NCBI GenBank assembly: GCA_965220745.1 | Contig: CBDCQT010000005.1 | Span: 96,001-160,000 of the forward strand | Source: Alphaproteobacteria bacterium | GTDB taxonomy: Bacteria > Pseudomonadota > Alphaproteobacteria > UBA828 | DNA: 64,000 bases | Direction: 5' to 3' | Shown here: positions 37,391 through 46,526 of the stretch, in pieces | Numbering within the stretch: position 1 is the stretch's first letter | Layout of the letters: every line of letters begins with the position of its first letter | Translations under genes and position numbers: made by a program | Notes under the pieces: generated by a model | What the model saw: only the letters and a program-made list of their open reading frames with translations | Databases searched by the model: none | What the model was told of the DNA's origin: nothing

Positions 37391-38521
37391 CTACGCGACC
37401 GTCGGCCCGTCCACGCGCTCACCGCTGTCAACGTCGAACAGACAGGCATGCGCCATGTTGAAGTAGAGGCGGGTCGGCTCCGTCAGTGAGGCGGAAGTAT
37501 TGGGTCTCAAGCGGCTGACGGTCTCTCTCTCACCCAGTTGGAGAACGCCCAGCGTGTCTGCGCCGGTCGGCTCGATCAGGTCCAGAATGCAGTCGGCGGC
37601 GACAAACAGTCCTTCATCTGTCTCCCTGGGCTGCTCTTCGACAATGTGCTCAGGTCGAATGCCCAGGATCACGCCACGGCCGTTCAACGCCGGGTCGACA
37701 CGCAGACCGCAGGTCAGCTTCAGAGGCTGCTCATTCTCCCGCGTCACGGCCAACTCCCAGCCGCCGTCGGCCCCTTGGCCGAGCGTTGCAGGGATCAAGT
37801 TCATGGGTGGCGAGCCCATGAAGCCGGCGACGAAGACGTTCGCCGGGTTCGAATAGATTTCGTACGGGGTGCCTTGCTGCTGGATGATTCCGCTTTCAAG
37901 CACGCAGATCTGTGTGGCCATGGTCATCGCCTCGATCTGATCGTGAGTCACGTAGACGAATGTTGTCCCTGTTCTCTTGTGTATACGCTTAATTTCGCTA
38001 CGCATCTGAACGCGAAGCTTGGCGTCCAAATTTGAAAGCGGCTCATCGAACAGGAAGACCTTCGGGTCGCGCACCAGCGCCCGGCCCATCGCCACCCGTT
38101 GGCGCTGACCACCGGAGAGCTGACTCGGCTTGCGGCCAAGCAGGTGACCAATCTCCAGGAGCTCGGCGACGCGTTCGACAGCCTTCCGACGCTCGGCCCT
38201 GCGCACGCCCCGCATCTCGAGACCGAAGCTGATGTTCCCAGCGACTGTCATAGTCGGGTAGAGCGCGTAGGACTGGAAGACCATGGCGATGTCGCGGTCC
38301 GCCGGCGCTAGGTCGTTCACGACCCTGTCGTCGATCTCGATCGTGCCTTCGGTGATGTCCTCAAGCCCTGCGATCATGTTGAGCAGGGTCGACTTTCCGC
38401 ACCCCGACGGCCCTACAAGGACCAGGAACTCGCCGTCCCCGACCTCGATGTTGATGTCTTCGAGAACGCGAACGGTTCTGTCGAAGGTCTTACCGACTTG
38501 CTTGATGCTGAGACTGCCCAT
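37391..38521 (-). CDS. Sugar ABC transporter ATP-binding protein (MalK type)
   Basis: Motifs [24 protein letters not shown] and FMGSPPMN. Confidence 0.93.
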   Translation of the reverse strand: MGSLSIKQVGKTFDRTVRVLEDINIEVGDGEFLVLVGPSGCGKSTLLNMIAGLEDITEGTIEIDDRVVNDLAPADRDIAMVFQSYALYPTMTVAGNISFGLEMRGVRRAERRKAVERVAELLEIGHLLGRKPSQLSGGQRQRVAMGRALVRDPKVFLFDEPLSNLDAKLRVQMRSEIKRIHKRTGTTFVYVTHDQIEAMTMATQICVLESGIIQQQGTPYEIYSNPANVFVAGFMGSPPMNLIPATLGQGADGGWELAVTRENEQPLKLTCGLRVDPALNGRGVILGIRPEHIVEEQPRETDEGLFVAADCILDLIEPTGADTLGVLQLGERETVSRLRPNTSASLTEPTRLYFNMAHACLFDVDSGERVDGPTVA

Positions 38522-38571
38522 GATGTCGTCCTAGGGGCTCCGGCTCTCAGCGGATGTCATTTGCACGGTGT

Positions 38572-39444
38572 CTATCCCTTCACTGAGCCGCTCATGAGGC
38601 CGCGCACGAAGAAGCGGCCGGCAAAGATGTAGATGAGCAAGGTGGGAATGGCGGCGATGAATGCGCCGGCAAAGTGCACATTGTATTCCTTCACACCAGT
38701 CGAGGTGTTGACGAGGTTGTTGAGGGCAACCGTCATCGGATAGCTGTCGAAATCAGCGAAGGAGACCCCGAACAGGAAATCGTTCCAAATGTTCGTGAAT
38801 TGCCAGATCACGGAGACGATTATGATCGGGCCCGACGCTGGAAGCATGATCCGAAAGAAAATTCTGAAGAGGCCAGCGCCGTCTACCTTGGCGGCCCTCA
38901 CCAGTTCGTCGGGAAAGGCGATGTAGTAGTTGCGGAAGAACAGCGTGGTGAACCCGAGGCCATAAATCGTGTGCACGAGAATGAGACCCGGAATGGTGCC
39001 GGCCAGATGGAGAACACCGAGCACGCGCGCCATGGGAATGAGCACGATCTGGTAAGGAATGAACACGGCACCCAGAAGCGCGAGAAACACCAGCTTGTGC
39101 CCGCGAAAGGTCCACTTGGTCAGCACGTATCCGTTGATGGCACCGAGCATCGTCGAAATCACGACGGCGGGAACCACCATGAGAATGGTATTGACGAAGT
39201 AGGGGCGCAGTCCGGTGGGGTCGACGCCGACCCGCGCGGTGGACCAGGCCTTCACCCAAGGCTCGACGATCCACTCGTGCGGCAGGCTCATCATTCCGCC
39301 GGCCTGAATCTCGGCCAACGGTTTGACCGAGTTCACCAGCATGACATACATCGGGAGAAGGAACAGAATCGCGAACACGATCAGCGTGAAATATAGAAAA
39401 GTGCGAAGAATACGCTCTTCAGGAGAGCGTCTTCTGCGATTCAT
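38572..39444 (-). CDS. Glucose/mannose-type ABC permease (GtsC-like)
   Basis: Motifs FFRNYY, ELVRAAKVDGA, WQFTNIWNDFLFG and FVRGL..GSVKG. ATGA overlap at 39441-39444. Confidence 0.9.
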   Translation of the reverse strand: MNRRRRSPEERILRTFLYFTLIVFAILFLLPMYVMLVNSVKPLAEIQAGGMMSLPHEWIVEPWVKAWSTARVGVDPTGLRPYFVNTILMVVPAVVISTMLGAINGYVLTKWTFRGHKLVFLALLGAVFIPYQIVLIPMARVLGVLHLAGTIPGLILVHTIYGLGFTTLFFRNYYIAFPDELVRAAKVDGAGLFRIFFRIMLPASGPIIIVSVIWQFTNIWNDFLFGVSFADFDSYPMTVALNNLVNTSTGVKEYNVHFAGAFIAAIPTLLIYIFAGRFFVRGLMSGSVKG

Positions 39445-40319
39445 TTCTTGCCCCCGCGCAACTCCCAATAGATGTAGGGCACCACGAAAACTGCAATGAG
39501 TGCCAGCATGATGATGGCGCTAGAAGCGCCGATGGCCATCTGGTTGCGCGTGAAGGTGTACTGATACATGAAGACCGACGGCAACCAGGAGGAACGGCCG
39601 GGGCCCCCGCTCGTCATGACGACAATAAGGTCGTAGGTGCGAATGGACATATAGATCAGAATGACCAGGACACTGATGAACGTATAGCCAAGCTGAGGAA
39701 TAATGATGCGCGCGTAGAGCTGGAGCTTAGAAGCGCCGTCAACTCGCGCAGCCTTGAGAATTTCAGTATCGATTCCGCGCAGTCCGGCGAGGAACATGGC
39801 CATCACGAAGCCGGTCGTCTGCCAGATTGCGGCGATGGCGATGGTGTAGATCGCGAAATCGCGGTTCTTGATCCAGTCGAAGCTGAAGCTCGCCCAGCCG
39901 GCAGCATGCATGACGCTTTCGAGGCCGACGCCGGGGTCGAGAAACCATTTCCATGCCGTACCCGTCACGATGAAGGAGAGCGCCATCGGATACAGATAGA
40001 TCGAGCGAAAAGTGCCCTCCGCCCGAATCTTCTGATCGATCAGGATGGCCAGGAGCAACCCGAGCGCACAACAGACAACGATGTAAAGGGCGCTGAAGAG
40101 CACGAGGTTGACGAGGGCGATGTCCCACGCCCGCAGCGAGAAGAGCGCTTCATAGTTGCGGAAGCCGACACCGCCGTAGCTGGGCAGGATCTTCGAATCG
40201 GTAAACGAGATGACCAGGGTGAAGGCGATGAAGCCGTAAACCCCGGTGATGACCAGTAGGACGCCGGGCGACAGAACAATCTGGGGCAGACGGGCTTTCA
40301 GGATTGAGCGAACACGCAT
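39441..40319 (-). CDS. Glucose/mannose-type ABC permease (GtsB-like)
   Basis: Motifs IDQKIRAEG, LYPMALSFIVTG.AWKW and AARVDGA. The start may instead be TTG 40355. Confidence 0.9.
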   Translation of the reverse strand: MRVRSILKARLPQIVLSPGVLLVITGVYGFIAFTLVISFTDSKILPSYGGVGFRNYEALFSLRAWDIALVNLVLFSALYIVVCCALGLLLAILIDQKIRAEGTFRSIYLYPMALSFIVTGTAWKWFLDPGVGLESVMHAAGWASFSFDWIKNRDFAIYTIAIAAIWQTTGFVMAMFLAGLRGIDTEILKAARVDGASKLQLYARIIIPQLGYTFISVLVILIYMSIRTYDLIVVMTSGGPGRSSWLPSVFMYQYTFTRNQMAIGASSAIIMLALIAVFVVPYIYWELRGGKK

Positions 40320-40475
40320 CTCAGCCGGCAGCCCCTTCGCCCGCGTAAGGTGCAAGCATTGTGGGCGCTGCGGGTGACGTCAAGGGCGGATGCCACCCCG
40401 CAGCGGGCGGAAAAGCGGGCAAGCCGCCCGCACCGCAAGGAATTGCGGCGCGAGCGATCGGCCCGGTGGCCGTGA

Positions 40476-41726
40476 CTACAGCTTGGCTAGCGCCACCCCT
40501 TCCGCCATTTCTTCGACGGCCTCCTCTGCGTTCAACTCGCCGTTGAAGTAAGCGGTGACCGCGTCGGTAAAGGCGTTCTTCACAGCAGCTCTGTTGGTAT
40601 GGCTCAGTCCTTGCGAACCTACGAGAGTGCCGTTTGCGTTTGCTTCCTTGAGATGGGCAATACCCTTCTTGCCGCAGTCGTCGAATGCCTCGTCGGTGAC
40701 GTCTATTCTGGCCGGCACGGAGCCCTTGACGATGTTGAAGGCGACCTGGAACTCAGGATCCAGGATGGCGGACGCCATCTTGGCCTGCGCCGACTGACGC
40801 TCCTCGCCGACGTCGAACATCGCGAACTGATCGGCGTTGAAGGTCACATGGCCCTGAGTGCCGGGCACACGGAAGCACAGAAAGTCGTCTCCCGGCACCT
40901 TGCCCGCGTTGATGAACTCGCCCTTGGCCCAGTCGCCCATAATCTGGAAGGCAGCCTCGTCGTTGATGACCATGGCCGTCGCCAGGTTCCAGTCACGACC
41001 TGAGAAGTTCTCGTCCACGAGTTCGCGGAGCTGTCCCATGCGCCCCAACGCCTTCAGCATCGTATCGGAGCGGATCGCGTCTTCGTCAAGGTCGATGAAG
41101 ACTTTCTTGTACCATTCTAGGCCGCCGGCCGAGAGGGCGACGGAATCGAACGTGGTGATGTCCTGCCAGTGTTGACCGCCATAGGCGACACCGACGAAGC
41201 CTGCGTCCTTCGCCTTCTGGGCGACCGCGATGAACTCCTCCCAGGTCTCCGGCGGCTCGGTCTGGCCGATCGCGTCGAACACACGCTTCGACGCCCAGAC
41301 CCAGTTGGTGGAGTGCACGTTGACCGGCGCCGAAACCCACTTGCCGTCATGGGTCGCGAAGAATTGAAGTGCCTCCGGAATGAGAGCTGTCCAGTTTTCG
41401 CTTTCGGCGACCTCGTTCAGGTTTCCGAGGGCTCCCTGCTCGGCCCACTCGAGAATGTCATAGCCAAGCATCTGCACGGCGGTCGGCGGATTGCCCGCCG
41501 TGACCCGCGCACGCACGGCCGTCATGGCCGCCTCGCCGCCACCGCCAGCAACGGGCATGTCATTCCAGACGACTCCCTGCGCCTCCAGTTTTTCCTTGAG
41601 AACGGATACCGCGGCGGCCTCGCCGCCCGACGTCCACCAATGAAGCACTTCGACCTCGTCGGCTGCGGTGGCGGCAGCCGGAATCGCCATCGTCGACATG
41701 GCTAGGATGCTGAGGAATCGTTTCAT
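40476..41726 (-). CDS. Glucose-type sugar-binding protein (GtsA-like)
   Basis: Signal peptide; motifs [39 protein letters not shown] and KGSVPAR. Confidence 0.9.
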   Translation of the reverse strand: MKRFLSILAMSTMAIPAAATAADEVEVLHWWTSGGEAAAVSVLKEKLEAQGVVWNDMPVAGGGGEAAMTAVRARVTAGNPPTAVQMLGYDILEWAEQGALGNLNEVAESENWTALIPEALQFFATHDGKWVSAPVNVHSTNWVWASKRVFDAIGQTEPPETWEEFIAVAQKAKDAGFVGVAYGGQHWQDITTFDSVALSAGGLEWYKKVFIDLDEDAIRSDTMLKALGRMGQLRELVDENFSGRDWNLATAMVINDEAAFQIMGDWAKGEFINAGKVPGDDFLCFRVPGTQGHVTFNADQFAMFDVGEERQSAQAKMASAILDPEFQVAFNIVKGSVPARIDVTDEAFDDCGKKGIAHLKEANANGTLVGSQGLSHTNRAAVKNAFTDAVTAYFNGELNAEEAVEEMAEGVALAKL

Positions 41727-41855
41727 TTTGAGCTCCCTCGTTCGATCTCTGATGCCTGTGCCACGATGATTTCCGCCGTGGCGCGTCAGGTATTGTCGGG
41801 ACCCGGGTTCAGCCCGCTCCCTATGAGGCGAGTTTGCGAGCCAGTTCGGAGAAAC

Positions 41856-41917
41856 TCAATTTCGCAAGGCGTTGAAATATGGCGCAGTATTGCGTACTCT
41901 GTGCGACATAGCGCATA
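41856..41917 (-). promoter_or_regulatory. Conserved regulatory block, copy 1 (upstream of the sugar-binding protein gene)
   Basis: Ends in TGCGAAATTGA on the coding strand; 39 of 62 positions identical, ungapped, to 44898-44959. Confidence 0.65.
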
Positions 41918-41932
41918 AAACTGAGGGTCTAC

Positions 41933-42724
41933 ATGGACGAGGCGACCCGTCGTGTGGCGACCGAGAACATCCGGAGGCTCGTCCGCGCGCGCGGTAACAT
42001 CTCCCAGGTTTGTCGGCGCCTCGGCATCAACAGGCAACAGTTCAACAAGTATCTGACCGGCCAACATCTCCCCTCTCAGCGAAATCTGAACCAGATCTGT
42101 GCGTTCTTCGGCGTGAGTTTCGCCGATCTCATATCTCCGGACATGCAAGTTCCGGAAACGCTTCATCCGTCCGAGTACCTCCAAGGCTACAAAGCGTTCT
42201 CCTCTCTAGGGATGATCCAAGACGTGATCGGGAGGTCCGATCGGCGTCGGTTGCGCCAGTTCGAAGGCGTCTACGAGAAGTATCACTATTCGTCAATCTA
42301 CAGGGGTGACATCGTTCGAGCGGTCACGCAAATCAGCCCTTACGAGGACATCTATGTCTACTCCAATCTTGAGCGTTTCCCAAACAAGGACGATCCAAAG
42401 AAGCACGACTACGTTTTCAAGTATCACGGCATCGTATTTTTTGTTGACGAGAGATTATTCATGATGGACATTGAGAAAGTCCAAAAGAACGAACTTACCT
42501 TTTCAATTTACACCCCTATTGCCCGGAACCCGGTGAGGTTTTTTTTCGGCGTAACTTCGGGTGTTGCCTCTAATCTCTATCGCGAGCCTTATTCGTCGCG
42601 CTCTGTGCTGGACTTCCGAGGAGCCGTGCCGTCGACCAAGGACGCCCTGCGTCGAGCAACCGTTGTGACACCCGACGATCCGTCGATTCCGGCCGAAGCG
42701 CTGGAATACCTGAACAGCCGCTGA
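41933..42724 (+). CDS. XRE-family HTH transcriptional regulator with C-terminal putative sensor domain
   Basis: HTH region ISQVCRRLGINRQQFNKYL.G...PS..NL..IC.FFGV; divergent from the ABC operon. Confidence 0.88.
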   Translation: MDEATRRVATENIRRLVRARGNISQVCRRLGINRQQFNKYLTGQHLPSQRNLNQICAFFGVSFADLISPDMQVPETLHPSEYLQGYKAFSSLGMIQDVIGRSDRRRLRQFEGVYEKYHYSSIYRGDIVRAVTQISPYEDIYVYSNLERFPNKDDPKKHDYVFKYHGIVFFVDERLFMMDIEKVQKNELTFSIYTPIARNPVRFFFGVTSGVASNLYREPYSSRSVLDFRGAVPSTKDALRRATVVTPDDPSIPAEALEYLNSR

Positions 42725-42812
42725 GGAGAGGCGGCTGCCCGCGCGCAGTCGGGGCCGGCGGACGTGGCGGTCGAAGGAAGGCCTGACGTTCGATCCCGGA
42801 CTGCAGCAGTGA

Positions 42813-44615
42813 TCAGAAGTGCTGTTCCAACGCCCGGTTCATGGCGTAGTCCGCCTGCTCCTTCTCGTAGTAGGCGGGCGAGGGGAAATCCCACCAGCCG
42901 GGTGTGAACGGGCCGGCGGCATCACGCGAGGTCATGACCTCGACCAGGGCCGGGCCACCGCAGGCGAGCGCGCTTTCCAGCGCTGGCTTCAGGTCATCGT
43001 CATCGTCGATGCGCCAGCTCTCGACCCCAAACTGCTTTGCGAGGCCGGAGATGTCGGCGCTGTAGGGCTCGCCATTGCCGCCATCCTGGTTGAACTCCGA
43101 TCCGATGTGACGCCCCATGAATTTGCGCTGACCGCCCCTGATCGACATGTAGCCGCTGTTGTTCTGCACCAGGATAACGACGGAGAGATTGTTCATCGCG
43201 GCGACCCCGAGCTCCGGTGCCGACATCATGAAGTCGCCGTCGCCGACAATCGAAACTACTTGCCTGTCTGGGCACGCCAGCTTGGCGCCCAGCGCTGCGG
43301 GCACGGCCCAGCCCATCGGTGAGAACGAGCCCGACGTAAGATGCGTGCGAGGATGGTAGACTGGGAACGCTTGTTTGACGGCTCCTTGGGTGTTTCCCGA
43401 GCCGACGGTGACGATCCCTTCCCGGTCCATAACGTCGCGGAGGACTTTCAGGGGGCGTTGCGACGTGAACGGTGCCTCCGTCGAATCCCGCCGCGGTGCG
43501 AGCATTGCCTCCCATTCGGCTTTGGCGCTCGCGATGTCCCCGAAAAAGGTCTCTCGGCTCGCGAGCGCCTTCGACGACTGAAGATCGGAAATCGATTGCA
43601 CCATCGCCTCGAGCGTCACGCGGGCATCAGCGACGATGCCGACCTCCGTCGGATAATTCTTGCCGATCTCGTGATGATCGAGGTCGATGTGGATCAGCTT
43701 GCCAGGCGGAATGGAGAAGCTGGCACCCTTGCGATAACTGGACGCGGACCAGTCAGTGAAGCGGCAACCCACCGACATCACGACATCGGCGCACGCGGTG
43801 ATGTTGTTGCCGCAGCTTGTTCCCGTCTGTCCGACCGCGCCGATACAAAGCTCGTGATCTTCGCGTATCGCGCCCTTGCCGTTCCATGTGAATGAAACGG
43901 CGGCACCGACCTTCTCGGCAAGTTCGGTAAGCACCTCGCAGGCTCCCGACAGAATTGCACCGCCGCCGGCACAGATCACGGGACGTTTTGCTGAGAGCAA
44001 GAGCTCCACCGCCTTGTCGATCGCTCGAGGGTCAGGATAGCTCACTCCGACCGCCATCCGCTTGTCGAGCGGGTGAACCGTGACATCGGCCGTCTCACAC
44101 TGGAGGTCCATCGGCAACTCGACGTGAACGGGACCGGGACGACCCGACAGCATGGTGTTGAAGGCGCGGTGCATGACGAAGGGGATTTCATCGACGCGCA
44201 TGGGCTTGTAGGAGCGCTTCGTCACCTGCTCGATGATGTGCGGGAACGAGTTTTCATTCTGCCGCTCCAGCTCCTGCATCACGCCGTGGCCCTTCATGTG
44301 CGTGGCTGGGCCACCGTTGATGTAGAACGCCGCCGTTGAGTCCGCGTAGCACGTGGCGAGTCCGATCACGGTGTTGGTCGCGCCCGGCCCGACCGATGTC
44401 GTGCACGCCATCGGCGTCCCGCTGGCTCTGAAGTGTCCGTCCGCCATGTGAATGGCGCTCTGTTCGTGCATGACCTGAATGAACGGAATCTCGCTTCCTT
44501 CTTGAAGGAATGCATCGAGCAGGCTCCAGTTTCCGTGTCCAGGAATGCCTGCGAGGTAAGTGATTCCGTACTCCTTCAGCGCGCGAGCGACGATTTCGCC
44601 ACCGGTTAACTTCAT
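42813..44615 (-). CDS. ThDP-dependent enzyme, IolD-like
   Basis: GIPGHGN (compare IolD GIFGHGN), HEQ, SVGPGATN, GRPGPV and GDGDF. GGAGG RBS before ATG 44615. Confidence 0.85.
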   Translation of the reverse strand: MKLTGGEIVARALKEYGITYLAGIPGHGNWSLLDAFLQEGSEIPFIQVMHEQSAIHMADGHFRASGTPMACTTSVGPGATNTVIGLATCYADSTAAFYINGGPATHMKGHGVMQELERQNENSFPHIIEQVTKRSYKPMRVDEIPFVMHRAFNTMLSGRPGPVHVELPMDLQCETADVTVHPLDKRMAVGVSYPDPRAIDKAVELLLSAKRPVICAGGGAILSGACEVLTELAEKVGAAVSFTWNGKGAIREDHELCIGAVGQTGTSCGNNITACADVVMSVGCRFTDWSASSYRKGASFSIPPGKLIHIDLDHHEIGKNYPTEVGIVADARVTLEAMVQSISDLQSSKALASRETFFGDIASAKAEWEAMLAPRRDSTEAPFTSQRPLKVLRDVMDREGIVTVGSGNTQGAVKQAFPVYHPRTHLTSGSFSPMGWAVPAALGAKLACPDRQVVSIVGDGDFMMSAPELGVAAMNNLSVVILVQNNSGYMSIRGGQRKFMGRHIGSEFNQDGGNGEPYSADISGLAKQFGVESWRIDDDDDLKPALESALACGGPALVEVMTSRDAAGPFTPGWWDFPSPAYYEKEQADYAMNRALEQHF

Positions 44616-44728
44616 GATTTCCTCCGTGTGGCCTTGCGCAAGGCTCGAAGCCGCGAGGGCGACGCCAAGACTGCGCCACACTCAGACAATGCCGATCCTG
44701 ATTAAAGGTCCCCAAGACCGGGATGTTG

Positions 44729-44791
44729 GTCAATTTCGCATCGGCGAATTTCTTATGCGGATTTACGCGAAGACCGCTAAAGTTCGCGTAT
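44729..44791 (-). promoter_or_regulatory. Conserved regulatory block, copy 2 (upstream of the ThDP enzyme gene)
   Basis: TGCGAAATTGAC on the minus strand (44729-44740), preceded by periodic GCG/CGC units. Confidence 0.6.
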
Positions 44792-44897
44792 GTTTCGGAA
44801 AACTTTCTTACCGACTTTGCGACCCGGCTTTCCCCAATGCCGTGTGCCGGCAATCGCGCATGCCGCGGACAACTTCTGTCCCGATGCTCCCAATTAC

Positions 44898-44960
44898 GAC
44901 GCACTATGGCGCGCTTTGTGCGCAAGAGAGCGTCAGAAAACAGGATTGTGCGAAATTGAC
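44898..44960 (+). promoter_or_regulatory. Conserved regulatory block, copy 3 (upstream of the cupin gene)
   Basis: TGCGAAATTGAC at 44949-44960, preceded by periodic GCG/CGC units. Confidence 0.65.
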
Positions 44961-45031
44961 CCAAGATCGTCTTGGGCGACACTCTACGACTGCGGTGGTC
45001 GTCCACCCCACCAGAAACGGGAGAACCCCGA

Positions 45032-45730
45032 ATGCCGTCGGATCGGAATGTATCGCGCGACTTGGCGTTCGCCGACAATCATCTCTCGGCGAAGCTGTTC
45101 AGCGATGTAGACCGTTTGGAAGCTGACGGTATCGTCGTCAACTTGTCTCCGCGAGCAATCCATGTGGACGGCGACGTCCGAACGCTAATCCAACCATGGC
45201 GCTCCACAATCGTGCGAGGAAACCGAATCCTTGAGGCGGAGCGCATCGCGGTCCTACGCATCGAGAGGCTTGAGAACCTTGGCGGCGTCATGTTCCGTGG
45301 CTGGGACTGGTTCGGCGATCTATATGCCGGGTTTCCTAGGCAAACGCCCTTGTACATGTCGCCGGTCGACATGGTCGGTCACACCGAAGAGGATCCTTTG
45401 GCTTTCACGCGGGAGCGCGAGAGTCGCGAGGAGCTCCATCCGTTTGATGTCGCGCTGAAGTGCTGGTGGTCGCCCAACGAGACGGATTGCTTTATTCACA
45501 ACGAGCATCCGTTCCTCGAAGTGCACACCCAGGTGCATGGTATGGGCCGCATGCAGAAGTTCCGCGAACGCGATGCGTCCACACTCTACGAAGACGTTGT
45601 CATGGCGCCAGGCTTCACCCATGAGCCGTTCTGCACAGTGGCGGGTGAGAAGGAATGGGCCTACCCTTGGCACCGCTACTACACGGACACGGAGAGCATC
45701 TGGCTCGCGATCGAATTGCACCCCGTGTGA
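45032..45730 (+). CDS. Cupin-like protein resembling the aldos-2-ulose dehydratase/isomerase (AUDH) cupin domain
   Basis: Motifs DCFIHNEH..LEVH, G.GRMQKF, PG.THEPF, YPWH and IWLAIE. GGGAG RBS before ATG 45032. Family recalled from motif pattern only. Confidence 0.6.
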   Translation: MPSDRNVSRDLAFADNHLSAKLFSDVDRLEADGIVVNLSPRAIHVDGDVRTLIQPWRSTIVRGNRILEAERIAVLRIERLENLGGVMFRGWDWFGDLYAGFPRQTPLYMSPVDMVGHTEEDPLAFTRERESREELHPFDVALKCWWSPNETDCFIHNEHPFLEVHTQVHGMGRMQKFRERDASTLYEDVVMAPGFTHEPFCTVAGEKEWAYPWHRYYTDTESIWLAIELHPV

Positions 45731-45797
45731 TGCGTTGGCGCGTTCCCGAGGATGTCTTGTGACGGCGATCGTTGGCGACCATACACGCCGAGGCCTG
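45729..45797 (+). pseudogene. Possible degenerate IS3-family transposase fragment
   Basis: DALARSRGCLVTAIVGDHTRRGL aligns without gaps to the recalled IS3 core pattern DALADGRRFRILAVVDDFTRECL. Confidence 0.35.
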
Positions 45798-45871
45798 CGC
45801 CGCGCCACGGCTCCTGAAATCACGCCCGCCTGATCCGTCCCGCTGCCCGCCGCTGACTCCGCCCCATCCGC

Positions 45872-45988
45872 TCACGGTCGCTCCGCTCCCGGCAGCGCGA
45901 CCGCCGCGCGCAATCCGCCTTCCGCGCGGTTCGCGAGCATGATGTCTCCCCCGTGGCCGCGCACGATGCTGCGCGCGATGGCAAGCAT
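45872..45988 (-). pseudogene. C-terminal remnant of a sensor histidine kinase (HATPase_c)
   Basis: LAIARSIVRGHGGDIMLANRAEGGLRAAVALP* with no upstream kinase sequence. Confidence 0.75.
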
Positions 45989-46526
45989 GGATGCGAGCAG
46001 GAACCCGGTGGTCCGCGCGATGTTCTCTCCAACGGGTCGGTCTACATCGTCTCTGGTGGACCCGATGGCGACTCTTGAAGGAGCCTGGGCTGCAGCCGAT
46101 TCCTGCATGAGCGATGTAATCGAGATCGCCCGCCAAGACCTCAAGATTGACAAGACAGCGACATTCCCCTGTCGGAATTCGGCTTCTCCCCCGGATGTTG
46201 CACTGCGGTAGGCACTATCCGACATGATTCCCACATTGATCTACTTGTAGTTCGCGGTCGCTTGGACTCCCGGTCAGGGCCGCGCCCCGATCCGTCGGGG
46301 CGACCTCGACTGCGACTTGTGTCCCTGGATTTTGTCGGCTGCAGCCACTATGTGTTTTGTGCATACCGCCTCCGGACCGAGTAGTCGGGCAAGCCTTCTA
46401 CCATGATCTCGAAAGCGAGCTTGCCTTCGTAAGTCCCGACATCATCCATCGCTTCGTCGTCCAGCGAGCCCCCCCAATCGATATGCAAGATCCGTTCGAT
46501 CTCCGCGGAATCCCGCCGCCTTCCAA

